From the NCBI RefSeq assembly GCF_006345805.1, contig NC_043007.1:41602001-41666000 (forward strand): a stretch of DNA of 64,000 nucleotides. The letters run 5' to 3'. The stretch's first letter is position 1, and every line of letters starts with the position of its first letter. The stretch is from Octopus sinensis. Taxonomy: Eukaryota. A program made the translations under genes and the position numbers. Shown here piece by piece: positions 60,930 to 64,000 of the stretch. Below the pieces are notes generated by a model, which had not been told where the DNA came from, ran no database searches, and saw only the letters and a program-made list of their open reading frames with translations.

Positions 60930-61340
60930 AATCATCAATTCATTTCATACCTCTTTAAAATTAATTTCAGATCAGTTTCCAAACAATTCCCAAGATAGAT
61001 TTGTATTAATGATACCACAATGAAAGCACTTTCTGTAACCCCTTCCCAAACATCATTCTGGTGTCCCACGGTGAACTCTTTTACATCTGTAAAAAAGAAA
61101 TGTGTGAAGCACCGGTAACTGTTCCCGCTGTGAATAAAAGGTTTCAACCACTAAAAACAAACTTCGTTGCCAGATTGTCAACTGAGAATGATATGTGGTT
61201 ATGTCCCTGAAATTATGCCTAGAATTGAGCTGGTGCGCAGAAAGAGCCATGCTAATCATTCTTATTGGAAATTTAACATTGAATGTAATGAAATAACTGA
61301 TAAATGAGACGTGTATTGCTTGTTCCATAGTATCCATTCA
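60930..61340 (-). mobile_element. Possible decayed Tc1/mariner-superfamily transposase fragment
   Basis: FFTDVKEFTVGHQNDVW resembles the F(S/T)DEK.FTV...QND.W first catalytic motif; only one motif seen. Confidence 0.3.
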
Positions 61341-61473
61341 TTTTACACTATACTTTTCACAAGGGATACGTCAACATTACTAGACAGAACGAACTAGTGT
61401 GTTAATAATACATAGCTATAAGCTGAATCAATTCTCTAAGGCAGCCTTGATTCCAACAGTGACCATCCATGCG

Positions 61474-63206
61474 ACCATTTTCATTTTTAAATAATTTTTC
61501 ATCTCATTTACATTCGTTTTATTCTTTTTGTCCCCACTGTGTTCTTGTCTGTCCTTGTGGTGTCCCTTTCTGTGTTTGGAGCTTTATGCCTAATAAAGAT
61601 ATTGAATTTGCATCACGCAACCCAGTTCTGAAGTTTGCTTTTTGTTTGTTTTTGTGCTGGTGGTTTTCTGTGGTATTTGAGTGTTCTGTGCTGCATTGCA
61701 ACGTTGTGTATGCTTGTGCTGTCCTTCAGCGTTTTGAGGGAAGCATGACGAGTAAAAAAAAATGTTCTACTCAACCTTAGCGGATCGGAACTGTCAACAT
61801 CTGAAGATGAACTGTTAAGGACTATTGGAGTTATGGATAGGGAATTGGAAGGAAGAAAGAGGAAGTTCGCAGGCGTCGCCCGAGAATCGGATGACAATGT
61901 GGAGATTGAAGTGGAAAAATTCAAGAAGTTATTAAGGCGGGACGGTTACAACGTGCAAGTAATCCCCCGCATGATACGACAAAAATAATGAAAGGAAGAA
62001 CAGTGACGTACAAAACCTACTCGATTTAGAAGGAAAATAATTGAGCACGTGACAATTGAGCAAGTAGAGAAGGCGCTGCGGCCAATCTGGCAAGAAATAA
62101 TATATCATACCAGAGGATTGATATTCGGAGAAGTTGAAGTCAGGTTCAAAAATGAAAACACTCAGCAACACCACTAGTACTTCTACCCATGTACCCGGGA
62201 CAGAGAGCGTCACGGGTAAGGGTAGAAGGAATTCCACCAGAGACAGATGTGGCCTAGATAGCAGCTCCCGTCTTGGTTGATACTGAGGACAAAATAGCGG
62301 TGATCCAGGCCACAGAAACGAAAAGCGTGAATTGGAAAGGCCAAGGTTCGAACATGATAATTCAAGGTTCAAAAGAAACAATAGAAGAAATGGTGGAAAC
62401 GGTGACTGTGAGCGGAACCATAATAAATGTTAGGGTAGAGGGCAGAATCCCTCGGCATTTTAAATGTGGCCAGAAGGGCCACATAAGAGCAAAATGCCCT
62501 CCACCGGATAAAAAAGTGGAGAAGCCACAAGAGAAGCCCCAGAAAGGACAAGAGGAGGAAGAAATGGTTTCAGAAAAAGTAAAAGAGGAAGAATGGAAAA
62601 ATACCTGAAAGAAAAGGGGGAAAAAGACAAGTCCGACACACACACAGAACTTCACCCATCAACTACACAAGGCCCTCCCATACCCTCTTTGTCCCACCTT
62701 CGCCCTGCATCACAAAAACAAAAGAAAAGATCACATTTACACAATGACCCACAAACTTACCCTCCCATTGGCTGTTTTGAGTGTGTAATTAATTTATGAT
62801 GATGAACTGTTTGAAAAGACAATTGAATGGGAAAATACAGTCCATGTTGATGTAGAGGCTGAGGACGGAGTGGAAGGTATAGTGCTATTAATAACGGAAC
62901 AGCAAAGGATGGAAATAGAGAGATGCAAAGGGGAATATTGACTGTGGAAAGTTGACTTTAACAAAGAAAAACTTCCACAGGATATAGAATTTAAAGAACT
63001 TCAAAAAAAGGTATGGGATAAACATAATGGAGAACAGAGGAAAGGAAGCAAGTGATGTTACTTGAAGGGGCAAGTAACACCATTTTCATTTTACATGTTT
63101 CCATCTTTCATTATATCATACATTTTTTTTTTTTATTGCAATTTTTGTATGTCCCCAATGTGATGTATGTCCCTCTTTGTTGGCCCTGCATGGGTAATAA
63201 TAAAAT
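61474..63206 (+). mobile_element. ORF1-only (half-L1-like) non-LTR element flanked by ~125-bp diverged direct repeats
   Basis: Gag-like ORF1 with zinc knuckle, no endonuclease/RT after it; repeats 61474-61603 and 63079-63206 both start accattttcatttt and end taataaa. Confidence 0.6.
61745..63055 (+). pseudogene. Degenerate gag-like ORF1 with a CCHC-type zinc knuckle (H-x2-C-x4-H-x4-C)
   Basis: ATG 61745; acidic/basic N-terminus; HFKCGQKGHIRAKC at 62456-62497; Lys/Glu-rich linker; ~90-aa C-terminal block ending TGA 63053-63055; several frameshifts and stops. Confidence 0.65.
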
Positions 63207-63271
63207 TAATCACATTTGAATTTGTCTGAACGTTTTAAGAATGAATAGATATGGTATATCGTATGGATTAT

Positions 63272-63568
63272 GAAGGCGTGTGTCTCAGTGGTTAGGGTTT
63301 TGGCTCACGATGACGAGGTCGTGAGTTCAATTCACGGCGATGCGTTGTGTCCTTGAGCAAGACACTTTATTACACGTTGCTTTTGTCCACTCGGTTAGCA
63401 AAAATGAATAGTACCTGCATTTCAAAGGGCTAGACTTGTCACACTCTACGTTAAGGGGTTCACGTGTTTGTGGAGTGCTCAGCCACATGCACGTTAATGC
63501 CACGAGCAAGCAGTTCCGTTGATAGGAACAACTGGATCCCCGCTTCGTCGTAACCGATGGAGTGCCAC
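63272..63568 (+). mobile_element. SINE family C1
   Basis: Reverse complement aligns with 38137-38460. Confidence 0.8.
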
Positions 63569-63824
63569 ATTGTATGGATTGTTACATGAACTGCGTTTGG
63601 CAAACATCTGCAGAACGATAGATAAAAATGTTACGTTGTGCTTTTTAATATTCTGAGTTCAATTCCTGTCGATCTCAGTTTATCATTCTCTCTTTCTGAA
63701 GTCGTAAAAACAAGTGTCAGTCAAGTACTGGTATCTATATAATTTTCTCTTTGGAAATTTGTGGCTTTGTATTTTTATTTGATAACAATATTCTATATTT
63801 CTCCGAGCAGAACGTTTGCTATCA

Positions 63825-64000
63825 TCTCTCTCTATATAAACGGCAGTTTGTCTGTCTGCGTGTCTGTGTGTCTGTTAGGTTGTACCCTCACCCTGACCAC
63901 GGCTTTCAACCGATTCTGATGAAACTTGACACACACGTAGCCCAATGTCATAATTCAAAACTAACGCAGCGAAAATTTTGAAAAGTTCCCCCAGTTCTGG
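63825..64000 (+). mobile_element. Non-autonomous Helitron, 5' part (runs off the window)
   Basis: Near-identical to 22379-22550; starts A|TCTCTCTCTATATAAAC. Confidence 0.85.

Overview
AT-rich, repeat-dense eukaryotic DNA. The SINE families and microsatellite density match my recollection of Octopus (cephalopod) genomes; this is an inference, with no database search. Most of the window is transposon debris: several tRNA-head SINE families (labelled A-E here), RTE-type tails, mariner, hAT and piggyBac-type elements and MITEs, Helitrons, Penelope-like fragments and Tx1/L1-clade LINE pieces. Nearly all ORFs in the supplied track are microsatellite artefacts. Under the repeats I find a candidate minus-strand multi-exon gene. 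Its short exons lie at about 46.0, 35.2, 29.4 and 14.6 kb and read as a Tyr/Pro-motif receptor-like tail, with a possible signal-peptide exon at 57.1 kb; the model is incomplete. A CpG-depleted domain (~2.85-56.6 kb) with CpG-rich flanks matches that gene span. The most unusual structures are: (1) a 683-bp Gypsy-type LTR derivative with an inverted U5+PBS segment, which makes a 138-bp near-perfect inverted repeat, carries a 4-bp TSD and sits 10 nt upstream of the candidate start codon; (2) an ORF1-only (half-L1-like) element whose terminal ~125-bp repeats resemble the SINE-B tail; (3) a minimal type-I hammerhead ribozyme; (4) a 268-bp templated insertion inside a SINE. No CRISPR array, rRNA or bona fide tRNA is supported. 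All counts and alignments were done by eye, and SINE/fragment boundaries are approximate.
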